Shown piece after piece: positions 1-11,655 of a DNA stretch of 64,000 nt (positions are counted from its first letter, which is position 1; the number at the start of each line of letters is the position of its first letter). The stretch comes from Squalus acanthias (taxonomy: Eukaryota). The notes under the pieces were generated by a model. That model saw nothing but the letters and a program-made list of their open reading frames with translations, was not told the origin of the DNA and searched no databases. The DNA is taken from NCBI GenBank assembly GCA_030390025.1, contig CM059433.1:4216001-4280000 (forward strand), in the 5' to 3' direction. The position numbers and the translations under genes were made by a program.

Positions 1-455
1 CTTCTTCCAACAGAGTTGCAACTATTAGGAGGCCTATATACTACGCCCACCAGTGTTTTTTTCCCCTTATTATTCCCAAACTGTTTCATTATCCTGATCT
101 TTTGACCCAATATCATTTCTCTGTATTACAGTGATTCCTTTCTTTATTAACATAGCCACCCCCCCTCCCCTTCCTTCCTGCCTGTCCTTCCTGATTGTTA
201 AATACCCTGGCATATTTAATTCCCAGACGTTGTCACCCTGCAGCCATGTTTCTGTAATGGCCACAAGATCATACCCATACATAGTTATTTGTGCCGTTAA
301 CTCGTCCATTTTGTTACGAATGCTACGTGCATTCAGATAAAGAACTTTCAAATGTGTTTTGCGACACTTACTTCCTGCTTTTTCCTTATTTAACACTTTA
401 CCTTTTACTCCATACCTTCTGTCCCTTCCTGACATGCTTTCCTCTGTCTCCCTGC
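1..455 (-). mobile_element. CR1 LINE fragment, N-terminus of ORF2 AP-endonuclease
   Basis: Minus-strand translation LKVLYLNARSIRNKMDEL...YDLVAITETWL...DRQEGRGGGVA, typical of the CR1 APE N-terminus; runs off the window edge. Confidence 0.85.
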
Positions 456-1270
456 TCAATACTGTTGCCCAATTTATTTTCCCAAGTTCTATTCTCAGCC
501 CCTCAAAATCAGCTTTTCTCCAATCTATTACCATGATTTTCGTCATACTTATGTCCTTCTCAATTATCATCTTAAATCGTATTATGTTATGGTCACTATT
601 GCCTAGATGTTCCCCTACTTTTACTTCTCTTATCTGCTCTGGTTCATTCCCCATTACTAGATCCAATAGCAAATCCTCCCTTGTTGGGCTTTTTACATAT
701 TGGGTTAGAAAGGAGTCCCGTACACATTGTAGGAACTTCATTCCCTTATCCCCTTTACCTACCTCTTCTATCCAATTAATATCAGGGCAGTTGAAATCCC
801 CCATGATTATTATTCTATGTTTTTTTACTAATTTCCCTAATTTGTCTGCATATTTCTTCCACCACCTCCCTTCCACTATTAGGTGGTCTGTAGACTACAC
901 CTATTAGTGTGATTGATCCTTTATTACCTTTTATCTCTATCCATATGGATTCTATTTTTGTCTTGCTGATAGTTGTCACTTTTTTCTACTGCCATTATGT
1001 TATCCCTAATAAATACAACTACTCCACCTCCCCTTTTTCCTTCTCTAGCTTTTCTAAATATGTTATACCCTGCAATGTTTAATTCCCAGTCCTGATTTTT
1101 CTGCAGCCATGTCTCAGTAATCCCAATATGTCTGGTTCCTCACAACACATGATTGCCTCCAGCTCCCCCGTTTTATTACGGACACTGTGTGCATTGCTGT
1201 ACAGACAGTTTAACTCATTTTTAATAGGATTTCCTCTCACTTTATGTTTAACCATCTTTTTAGACTCCTG

Positions 1271-1369
1271 GGGAGAAAAATTGGGCTGCTTTGCGCCTCC
1301 CGTTAGCGCTAAAAGTAGCATCCCGGTGAAGTTAGCACCCCAAATGGTGCACTACTCAATTTTTAGTCC
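1271..1369. mobile_element. 99-bp Harbinger-type mini-MITE
   Basis: Imperfect TIRs GGGAGAAAAATTG / CAATTTTTAGTCC; CTG at 1268-1270 and 1370-1372; both halves match the ends of the element at 50654-55000. Confidence 0.75.
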
Positions 1370-1647
1370 CTGTTCTATAACTCTATTTATTCCCTTGCCA
1401 CCAATGACCTCCCTTACTTCATTCTTTCCTATGCTCTCTTTTCCTGTTTTGTTTATAATTAGGCTGGTTACGTTTCTTGTAGATCCGTTCCCCCATCTTA
1501 TTAATTTAAAGCCTTTGCCAACTCCCTATTTACCCTTTCCGCTTGGACACGGGTTCCATCCAGTTCAGGTGGAACCCGTCCCATCGGTACAGCTCCTTCC
1601 TGTCCCAGAACTGGTGCCAGTGTCCCATGAAAAGGAACCCCTCTTTC

Positions 1648-2266
1648 GAGTACAGGAGCAAGGATGTCTTGCTGCAGTTGTACAGGGCCTTGGTGAGACC
1701 ACACCTTGAATACTGTGTGCAGTTTTGGTCGCCTTATCTGAGGAAGGATGTTCTTGCCATGGAGGGAGTGCAGCGAAGATCCACCAGACTGATACCTGGG
1801 ATGGCAGGAATGACGTATGAAGAGAGATTGGGTCGATTAGGCTTATATTCGCTAGAGTTTAGAAGAATGAGAGGGGATCTCATTGAAACTTATAAAATTC
1901 TAACAGGACTAGACAGACTAGATGCAGGAAGGATGTTCCCGATGGCGGGGGAGTCCAGAACCAGGGGTCACAGTCTAAGGATAAGGGGTAAGCCATTTAG
2001 GACTGAGATGAGGAGGAATTTCTTCACCCAGAGAGTGGTGAACCTGTGGAATTCTCTACCACACAAGGCAGTTGAGGCCAATTCATTAAATATATTCAAG
2101 AAGGAGTTAGATATATTTCTTAAGGCTAAAGGGATCAAGGGATATGGGGAGAAAGCAGGGACAGGGTACTGAATTTGGATGATCAGCCATGATCTCATTA
2201 AATGGCGGATCAGGCTCGAGGGGCCGAATGGCCTACTCCTGCTCCTATCTTCTATGCTTCTATGCT
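1648..2266 (+). mobile_element. 5'-truncated young CR1 LINE (RT C-terminus + 3'UTR)
   Basis: LYRALVRPHLEYCVQFWSP...RRNFFTQRVVNLWNSLP; (TTCTATGC)n tail; TSD TCTTTC at 1642-1647 and 2267-2272. Confidence 0.95.
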
Positions 2267-3664
2267 TCTTTCCCACACCAGCCCTTTAGCCACGTGTTAA
2301 TTCTCCTGATCTGTCTGCTTCTATGCCAATTTGCACGTGGCTCGGGCAATAATCCAGAGGTCCTGCTTTTTAATTTAGAGCCTAACTCCTGATATTCTTT
2401 CAGCAGGACCTCCTTCCTGTTCCTACCTATGTCGTTTTTTCCAACATGGACCACGACAACTGGATTTACCCCCTCCCTTTCCAAGTTCCTCTCCAGCCAT
2501 CGTGAGATATCCTTTACCCTGGCACCAGGTAGGCAACATACCCTTCGGGATTCTCGTTCTTGACTGCAGAGGTTACTATCTATCCCCCTAATTATAGAGT
2601 CCCCTATCACTACCACATTTCTATTCTGCTCTTCCCCCTCTTGGACAGCCTTCTGAGCCACGGTGCCTTGGTCTGCATTGTGGCTGTCCTCCCTGCAGTC
2701 TTTCTCCTTGTCCTCACAGGTAGCGAGTACTTCGTACCTGTTGGACAGGACCAGTGTCTACGGGACCTCCTTCTCAACCTCTCCTAACTCCCCACATCCG
2801 CGGCTCCCTAGCAGTCACACCCTCCCCTTCCTGAACCTGTGCTTTCCTCTGGGGTGTGACTGTATTCTGGATAAAACTGTCCAGCAATTCCTCCCCCTCC
2901 CTTATGTGTCGGAGTTTCTCCAACTCGCACTCCAGCTCAGTGACTCTGAGCCGGAGAGATTCGAGACGAAGACATCTCCTGCAGACTGTGTTCGCTCGGG
3001 ACAGTCTCGCTGTCGACAAACTCCCACATACTGCAGTCCAGACACACAACCTGCCCTTCCATATCTTAGTCTAGCCTTATTTTATTTATTTAATTAGTTA
3101 AAGTCTTTATTCAACGATTATTTATAGTTATATTAATTAGTTTAACTACTTAAGCTATAAATTTAATACAGTACTTTGTAGTTTCCCGCTCTTAGTTTAA
3201 ACCACTGTCCTGGGTTAGAGAGAAAAGAGAGAGAGAGAAACCTTAATACTCACCAACCAATCACCTACCTGCTGTCCTGTGACGTCACTCCTTGTTTTGT
3301 TGCAAATCGTTCGGCCGCCGCTGATACCGCCTCCAATTAGTTTTGTTGTATTTGAGAGGGGAATACATACAATTTTTTTTAAGGGGAAAGCAGTGTAATG
3401 TATGATCACATGGCTTGTCACATGATTTAGTATCAGCATGCTCAGTTCGCTCTGACCTAGTAAACAAGCACATGGACTAGCAACTCATCGTGTCTCTGTG
3501 CTTCATCTCTTCTACCCACATACATTATATATATTTCAAAAGTACCTCAACAAATAACTGCATTAACATAAGCTCTAATATGATACGACAGCTATAGGAT
3601 TTTTGGACCTGATTGACTTCATTTTTTGTGTAATGAAACATTGGTTCCACTCCTTGCAATAGAG

Positions 3665-5220
3665 AAAACATTTGTATTTGTATATCATCTCTCTCAGAAA
3701 CACAAATTATTTTAAAATGCAGTGACAGTTGTTATGTAGGCAAATGTGGCAGCCATTGCACACATCAAGATTCCAAAAATAGCAATGAGATGAATGCCTG
3801 GTTAATCAAGTGAAGGTTGAGGGGAGGAATGTTGACCTGGACAGCAGAAGAATTCTCTACTCCGTTTCAAAGGACGCCATGGGATCGCTAACATCCACCT
3901 AGATCAGTAGACGGTGAAGGGATAATTACTAGTCCTAGCCCCTTTCGGGCTACCCCGGATCAGGCGTATTCCTCAGACGTTCACTTTCAACTAAAGTTTG
4001 AGGTAGCCGAATCCTAAAGACGCTTAATTGAGTCTAAAGGTCCGGACTATCTCTCCCTAAAGGAAAGGAACAACCTGAAAATGTTACCGTCCTCCAGATA
4101 GCACTTTTAATAAGTTTAGCTAGACTGTAACGTTCTGGATATTATGAGGGTCTGGAAAACTCCCTCAGAATTCTGCTACTCCTCACCAAAGAGTGTACAG
4201 AAATTGAGTTCACGAGTTTGATACAGAAATCTTATGTGAGACAATTCTAAAAATATATAGATTTATTGAAGAACCGACATGCAGTTTACAGTTGGTGAGT
4301 CAATCGCAACATTAACACTTCCAAAAAGAGAAATCTTACAATCTTATTATCAGAGAACCTTACTTTCAAATCTTAACTTCGCTACAGTTTTACAGTTCTT
4401 TAAAGTTCTATTCAGGATATCCACCAAAATCAAATACCGTTGATCCCCAAGGTACAAAGAGTTGGAGACTTACAGAGCCTCTGAAGCCGAGATTCACTTT
4501 GCCCAATTACAGCGAGTCTACTATCCTATTTGAGAGTTCAATATTTATACCCTTTTCCAGTGGTATTTTCTTTAAAGTTTTCTGCTGATGTAAGCTAATT
4601 ATCTCTAGTCATTTTTCTGCTGACCCCTGCAATTCTTACAGTCACCTCAGCTGGTAGCATTACAGAATCATGTCTCCTCTCTAGGTGTTCTAAGTTTACC
4701 ATAAAAAACGGTGTGACGGCAGGTGCGTTTTTTACTTGATGTCATTTTTACGAAGGTAGATATTTCTTACTTTTATGTGCTTCTTCATGAAGTGTAAATT
4801 AGAACACCTTATCCAGGGTGAACCATTGTCTCATTCCGAAAGGTTCAGCCTGCCAGAGCCTTTAACCTTCTGTTTCAATAAGGTGATTGATTCAGTGTCA
4901 ACAACTATCTTATCTCAATAGCCAGAATGCTTTCACAGCTTTTTCATGGTTAGGTTTCTAGATTTTCAAACCCAGTTTGTCATGTTTTAATAAGGCCAGA
5001 ATTCTTTCAAAAGATAGTGTATTTTTCTGAATAGGTTATATGGCTTATTCCTTCACAACGGGGCCTTGGTTTAACTTCTAATCTGAAGAACAGCAACTCC
5101 ATCAATGCAGTACTCACTCAGCATTCCACTGTACAGACGTGTCAGCCAAGATTATGTGCTCAGGACTTGAGCACAGAACCTTTTGACTCGGAGATTAGAA
5201 TGCTACCAACTGAACTAACC
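3665..5220 (-). mobile_element. Diverged DeuSINE-like tRNA SINE, split by the solo LTR at 3915-5057
   Basis: 3665-3914 and 5058-5220 are collinear with the SINE copy at 59205-59612 (e.g. ACATCCACCT...GACGG|GGCCTTGGTTTAAC). Confidence 0.75.
3915..5057 (-). mobile_element. Solo LTR (1143 bp) of an endogenous retrovirus or LTR retrotransposon
   Basis: Minus strand starts TGTGAAGGAATAA and ends TTATCCCTTCA (TG..CA, inverted termini); 4-bp TSD ACGG at 3911-3914 and 5058-5061; minus-strand TATAAA at 4549-4544 and AATAAA at 4267-4262. Confidence 0.85.
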
Positions 5221-5659
5221 CAATACCCTGGGATCATTTTATGACCACTCCCAGCATGGAGTCTCAGTAGGGTTCTAACATTATTAGGTTGATTTTGTTG
5301 CCCTTACTCATATATAACAAAGCTCTATGCAAGGAAGAGAGTCTTGCAAAATTGACCCCTTGTAGATTTGTATACATATAGGGCTGGATTTTGATTCAGG
5401 GGTGGGTTGGGGTCGTGTAATCCGCATTTCGTGTTAGCCACCCAAATCTAAATCGATGTGGGAGATTGATGCGATTTTAACATAATTAGCCAATTGAGTT
5501 CCAACGTGTGGGAACCCATGGCCAGTGAGTTTTTCCAGTCTGAAAGTCGCTTCCGATGACATCATCATTGCTGCAGCATTTAAGGTCTGCAACAAGCCTT
5601 GCTTCCTCTGCAGACTGCCAAGCTTCTGCCTTTGCATGTTAGAGGCACCTGCAGGAAGA

Positions 5660-7624
5660 ATGGCCAGCCAGAGACCTAGGTCTGCACCTCGATTTGATGA
5701 CGTCGCCCTGCAAGCTTTAATTGAGGGAGCCAGAGCTAATAAGGAGGTGCTCTTCCCTTCTTCAGGGAGGAAGAAGCCTTCGCATCAAACCAAGGCTGTG
5801 TGGATCCAGGTGGCAGAGGAGGTCAACTCGTTGTCCATAACCCGCAGAACCTGGCTTCAGTGCAGGAAGAGGTTTCATGACCTGCTGCGCACTGGAAAAG
5901 TGAGTATGAATTTCCCATCACCCTCATTCTGATCCCCATTGCCTCTCCTCACCAGCACTCAGCTTTGACAACCTCTTCCTCCACATCCCACTTGACACTG
6001 ACATCCCTGCACCCTTACCCATTCCCTCTCTCTGTATGGTCACATTCACCTAACTATTCGACTATGCAGCCCTCACACTCCCTATCGCTGTGATGCTATG
6101 AAAACAACTTACAACACACAGGGAGGGCCCATGGTCTTGCCACCTCACTCCGAATTTGTCTCCTTCTAACCATCAATGATATAGATTCTCTACACTCACT
6201 CCTTCATTCTCACTCAAACTCCACTTGTCTCCCTCATTGCAGGAAAAGAGAGCTCACAATAAGAGGGAAAGAGCGAGGACAGGAGGAGGGCCACCCTCAG
6301 TAGCCCTCTCACCACCTGGGAGGAGGCGGTCCTGGAGATCATGGGAGTGGAGGAGGATGCGCAAGTGGGGGACAGACAGACGGGTGCATCAGAGCAAGCT
6401 GGTGACAGAATAGTTTATCATCTCTCTCATTGACATTGCATAAGTCACTGATAATGATTCTGATGCTCCAGCAGACTGACTTATGATCATCTGCAATATG
6501 CAATGTGCATGTAACCTTGGACTCACATCTCTGACTCTTTCCTTTACTCCTCCCCAGGACCATCGCGAGCAGCCGTCCCCACCGTCCAGGAGGAAGAGCA
6601 TGAGCCTCACCACTCCTCAGAGGAAGCTGCAACCTCTGAGGGCGCCGCGTCAGCAGAATTCAGCGCACCCAGCACCAGCGCAGACACTCACACCTCGGAG
6701 GGAACATCGCGAGATAGAGTAGTTTTGTCACCTGGTGTATCACAGCTCACAAGTGAGCATCAGCAGATAGTGGAGACAGGGACAGCAGTGGAGAGTCCTA
6801 GTCGGAGGGCGCAGGACTCTCCTAGCTCGGCTCAGCTGCATGTCGACCCTCTGCCTCTGGGTCCATCCATAAGATCAGCAGTGCTGGAACTCCAGGAACA
6901 GATGCAGAAGTCTCTGGCAGGTATTGTCTCCAGGGTCGCTGCGAGTGTGGAGCGAATGGAGGAGTCCATAGCGAACATGAGCAGAGCCTTTGTGGAGTCA
7001 TTGGCGCATGAACGCATCACCACGGAAAGGATGGCAACCTCCGTGGAAAGGATGGCTACAGTAGAGGAGAGGTTGGCTACGGCTATGGAGGAGATAAGTC
7101 GCCAGAGTGTAGAAAACATGGTCATTGTTCAGAATAGACTGGCATCTCTTGAGGAGCGATGGTCATCTATTGAACACAGAAACCAGACCTTCATGGAAGT
7201 CCTTCTGAGTAGGACTTCCAGTGCAGATACGGGTCCCCATGGCCCCCCTAATGTGCAGCAAGGTGCTCTCAATCCACTTGCAAGCGCTGAGGTGGGGCTG
7301 ACCCATGAGAGGGATGTTGGTGGCAGACAACAAGGAAGTGGGGGCTCCTCTCCAAGCGCTCACACGACCAAGCCACTGCAAAGCCCTCGGTCAGAGCCCC
7401 ACCAGAGTCCTCACCCAACTGAGATGGGCATCTCAACCCCTGCATAGCCGCAGGAGCAGCAGACTGTTGCCGAGCCCTCACAGGCTCGCAACCCCAGAGG
7501 ATGCCCGCTAAAGGTGTCGAGGCAGGAGCAGCAAGAAAGTGAGCAAGGGGCCTCCGCGTCTGCTGAAGCCACAGGGGAAGCACCACGTAGGAGCACGCGT
7601 AAAAGAAAAATAATGCATAAGTAG
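5660..7624 (+). pseudogene. Harbinger Myb/SANT (trihelix) DNA-binding protein, 3 exons (5660-5899, 6243-6401, 6558-7624)
   Basis: RAPRF-like start, W..VAEEVNS...RTWLQCRKRFHDL; GT-AG introns; apparent frameshift near 6305 and premature TAG at 7445-7447; ends PRRSTRKRK. Confidence 0.8.
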
Positions 7625-7882
7625 TCACAAGGGTAGTCACTTGGGTGTAATGTTGTGTTTAATATTGAAATGCCAGCACTTGCTTGGTGTGATTAAAAAT
7701 TCTGCTGGCAAACTGCTGAAGTTGTGGCGTCTGTCATTTCGCAAATGGGACTTCCACATTGAGGGCTTAGGATGACTTGCAATTGTCAGTATGGTGGTCA
7801 GAGTGATAGGAATCCGTAGGTTCCTGGCCATTGTCGATGGTCTGATAAGAAGGTGCGAGGCAAAAGTGTTTGATTGTGCAGG

Positions 7883-8104
7883 CTAAGCAAATCTGGTCAA
7901 GTGCGTCCCTTGCATCTCGGGTAGCAATGTGGTCACGCGCTGGTGCCTTCTGGCCTGTGCAGCTTCAGGTGGGTGAGGAGCAGCTTGGCACTCCTGTTGA
8001 TGCTGCTGCTGCTGGTGGTGCTGTTGTTCATGGTTCTGCTGCTGCCACGGCTGGTCCTCGTCCGAATCTGATGTCCAGGAGGAAAGGAAATAAATGGTTC
8101 CCAT
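7883..8104 (-). pseudogene. Putative fused N- and C-terminal remnant of the Harbinger transposase
   Basis: Convergent with the Myb gene where a transposase is expected; Q-rich start; end resembles the C-terminus ARAVRQRLIASRF of the transposase at 53327-54487; no DDE motifs. Confidence 0.5.
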
Positions 8105-9264
8105 GCTTCTGGTATATGCCTCAGTTGAGGAAGCGCTCAGTCAAGGTGGCGAGAGGGGTTTCCCAGGAGGTCACACTGGAGATGGGTGTCAGGCTCCAAA
8201 CTTCCACAGCTGTGGTTATGCCATATAAAAGTTCCCCCAGACCTCAGACAACAAAGTCCTGCGAACTGCAAATGATGGCTGATCACATCTCCGATTTCAT
8301 GGTTGAGCTGCAGCTGATAGTCAGCAATCCAAATGTGCTCCCGCCAGGTTTCACATTCGTGGTTCAGAACAGGCGTGCTGCTTCATGTGGAAAAAGGGTT
8401 AAAATTACAAAGGCCTTTCAAAATGGCATTTTAGAGGCAATTTAGTGCTTGTTAAGGGCCTTAACGGCCTATCCCGCCTCTTGGGGGTGGGACGGAGTCG
8501 GGACCAGCAGACACGATTTAATGAAAATTGTGTGGAGGCGGGATGGAGGCGGGCTTGTGCCCACCCGCCAGTTTTCGCAATTTTAATCCCCCACACGCCT
8601 CCAAACCTGCCTCCACGGGTCAATGAAAATCCAGCCCATAGTATTGAACTGGGACCCATTGTGGTATCTTGTATTTCCCAGCTAACCCAGTGTACAAACT
8701 AGCCCTGTTATTCTTCCTCATGTCAGAAATGTTATGCTCAGTAAGTTTTATATTCCTTTCAACCACCAGAATACATTTGCAACATGAGCTGTGTTACAAA
8801 ATACATGCTGTATTGTTTCCATTAACAGAATAGCATTGAGTCACAAAGGAATCACTGAAGTCATTATAGTTTTAATGATACTCATAAAGTGAAACCCTGG
8901 CCTAACATTTATCATTACGCCCATAAAGAGATGAGTTAAGAGAGCATTTTAGTTACAGTGCATTACTGCTTATTATGGTTCTGATGAAGATTTGTGCTTC
9001 AATTGTGATCTCACTTGGCCAGCCCCTAATTTGCTTTCAACTTGTGCAGGAATTTATGTGGGCTTCAAACAATAATGGACACTCAGGAGTGCAGTGGGCG
9101 TGATTGAGGCCAAGCATCATGATTGAAGAATGAGACCACGAGGTCAATTCCTTTAATTAAGCTGCTTTTCTTCAATCTCATCCTGTTGTAGGGAGAGATA
9201 TTCAGCATTGCTCTTCCATTGTATTTCCAAATACATTTTTATGAAAAATTGTTTTACGTTGTTT

Positions 9265-10031
9265 GGGCTAGAATTTGGCCCCCTTTGCCCCTCCCGTTAT
9301 CACCTCCGGAAGAGGGGGGTGGGCGATAACGGGGCGTCAACGACTTACCGACCGGGCGTGGCGAAAGAAACAACTCCCGTGAAATTCAATGGGTGGGGGG
9401 GGTGGGTAGTGCCGGCGGTAAAGCTTACCGCCTCGATCTCCTGCGCCCCGAAGATCGTGACGTCACCCGGTGCGCATCGCCCCGTATCCTCCGCGGTGCT
9501 GAATTCGCTTCCGCCCCCCCGCAGCTTCGTCAGGCGGCAGCAACGGCAGCCGCAGGAGGCGCTGTGACCTCGGCCGGCCGCTTGGGGAGTGGTAATTAAA
9601 GGGATTGGTGCTCGGGTCGGCCAACATTCTTTTCTCACCCCTTTGTGCTGTTTTTAAAAAATTTTCATTGCCGCGATTGATCAGCCCTGCGCTCTCGCAG
9701 AGAGCTTGCGGCTGCTCCTCGCGGATGGCGGGCACCATCGCTGACCCATCCCCAGCCTTACCTTTAACTGCTGTGAGCATTGGCCCGTCCCTTTAAGGGA
9801 GGGGGGGAGGGAGCCTGCGAATCCGGCAGCGCTGCGCGGGACATTGATCTGCGTTCTGCCGATCCCGCCCCCTCTCGCTCCCTTTAGCGCTCTGGGGGAA
9901 GTGGTAGCGCTTGATTTAGCGTTTCCACTTCCCTCTTGGAGCGCTACAACTGAATTTCCCGGGAGCCTCTCATCATTAGCGCTCCTGAAGTTTTAGCGCC
10001 CCCCAAGCGGGGCTATAATGAATTTCTCCCC
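9265..10031. mobile_element. GC-rich Harbinger-type MITE
   Basis: Ends GGGCTAGAATTT / AATTTCTCCCC; shares TGACGTCAC, GCGGTAA and TTAGCGC motifs with the subterminal regions of 50654-55000; no clear TSD. Confidence 0.65.
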
Positions 10032-10334
10032 CCACGTTCCTTGTGATACAGAAAAAAATGTAATGCCTGATCATGGGTTTATATTTGTGTTAGCTGGCGT
10101 CGTGACAAACAGGAAATGTTATTGAAGCTGCCACAATATAATCTTCTGCACAATGATTTACTTTTGAGTGTGTTTCCCCCCCCCCCCCCCGCCCACCATG
10201 AACGATTGGCACTGGTACTTTGTCACCGGTACTTTGTTGTCATGTTTTGAATTTTGAATTCAGACACTGTCCTACAAAGTGATTTGTTTTGTCAGCCGAT
10301 AAAGATGACCTCAATCCTTCAAATTGTCCTTCAT

Positions 10335-10620
10335 GCTTCCCGAATGGCTCAGCTAGTTCAGGTCATGAACAGCTGAGCCAAATAGAAAGGTTCCCGGTTG
10401 GATCTCCAGTTTACGCTGCGTGAACTGACCTCGGCCGAATTAGCCAAAGGATCACCGCCGCCGTGTCCCAGAGTAAACGAGGGGAAAATTTTCCAGGAAT
10501 TTTGTGCCTCAGTCTTATCCAGCAATCCCAGCTTGAAGTTGGCAGGGGTGAGGAGAGGATCGGTTTGACTCTGAAGTCCCTGGTAGAGAAATATATATAT
10601 TCCCATCAGCGAAGTTCACG
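10335..10620 (+). mobile_element. Possible old tRNA-derived SINE remnant
   Basis: A-box-like TGGCTCAGCTAG and B-box-like GGTTGGATCTCC; highly diverged. Confidence 0.35.
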
Positions 10621-10726
10621 TACAAGTGTTTAACGTGTTTGATGGCATTTAACCCATTTATTTAAAAAGGTTAATGTCGTCCTAACGATAGCACACAGAG
10701 GAATGTAGTTCTGCTCCTGACTCAGT

Positions 10727-11120
10727 GGGGGGGGGAGATTTTAACCCAAAAAAATTGGTGGGTTGGGGTCGGGTGGGAGATTAAAGAGTTAAAAATCTGA
10801 ATCCCGACCCCAACCTGCCTCTAACCTGCCTACTTCCGGTTTTAACCGAGGCGGGCAGCCAACCCACTCCCAGAAGGTGGGTTGGCACTTTAAATATCAT
10901 AATGAGGCTGCTGCGTGCCTCATGGTGATCCACCATATTAAATTTAACTGTGGGCGGGCGGATTTCCCAGGCCTCGGGAAACCCGCCAGCTAAAGGAAGG
11001 TGAGGACAGCTGGATCCAGGAGGTATCTGCCTTTCCACTCACTGACTGGATCCAGCTCTCCTGCCTCACCAACCCCCCGTAATCGAACAACCCCCACCCC
11101 CCCCCCACCCTCCTGATCTC
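10727..11120. mobile_element. Partial Harbinger-type MITE (one end)
   Basis: Starts GGGGGAGATTTTAAC...GGTGGGTTGGGGTC, resembling the left end of the element at 5381; second TIR not found. Confidence 0.5.
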
Positions 11121-11514
11121 CCACTTCAAAATATGACATTGCCAGAAACCATGGAGCAAAACCTTCTGAACAACTAAATGAGCAAGAGAAGAAGGGAAAT
11201 AGAGCACAAAAAGCATTAGTTTGATTTTCTCTAATCGCTCAATCTTTATTTCCACGTTGAACAGCTAACTTGGCCAGCCGAGATACCCATTGTACAAGTG
11301 GGTATAGATGAGTCCAGATCCAGCATAAACAGGAATAACAACAACTTGTATTTATATAGCGCCTTTAACATCGTATCAAGGTCACTGGGAAACGGCTTGG
11401 TGAGACCATTTCAAATGGAGGAAAGATTGTTCTCAAATCCTCACACTGAATACGATCCCATGGATCACAACTACAACACTAGCGGCTAACTAACCGAGGC
11501 AAGAAGGAATCAAA

Positions 11515-11655
11515 TACAACAACAACAATAACTTGTATTTATATAGCGCCTTTAACCTAGCGAAACGTCCCAAGGCGCTTCACAGGAGTACAGTATTATA
11601 AAAGACAAAAAAAAATTGACACCGAGCTACATAAGGAGAAATTAGGGCAGGTGAT
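11515..11655 (-). mobile_element. L2 LINE 3' tail fragment (a shorter tail also at ~11335-11370)
   Basis: Near-identical to 17158-17272 (AACTTGTATTTATATAGCGCCTTTAAC...ATTAGGGCAGGTGA). Confidence 0.8.

Larger units (their letters stand above)
456..3300 (-). mobile_element. Decayed 5' half of a CR1 LINE (5'UTR, ORF1 Cys-rich/coiled-coil + SGNH esterase, ORF2 endonuclease), split by a CR1 insertion and a mini-MITE
   Basis: ORF1 pieces CRRCLRLESLRLRVTELE (2774-3049) and VVVIGDSIIRGID...VVHVGKNDI (2260-2661); ORF2 pieces LYSNAHSVRNK (1079-1321) and IIMGDFNCPDINW...LGNSDHN (~480-830); frameshifted. Confidence 0.85.
5381..8637 (+). mobile_element. Non-autonomous PIF/Harbinger transposon (Myb/SANT gene retained, transposase core deleted)
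   Basis: TIRs GGGCTGGATTTT / AAAATCCAGCCC; 3-bp TSD ATA at 5378-5380 and 8638-8640; Myb/SANT-like gene inside. Confidence 0.92.

Noticed and set aside
70..876. 268-aa ORF as a single gene
   Set aside because: Chance in-frame fusion of two CR1 endonuclease fragments in the wrong domain order
1543..2172. 209-aa ORF with novel N-terminus
   Set aside because: The N-terminus is antisense CR1 ORF1 read into the inserted CR1 RT end
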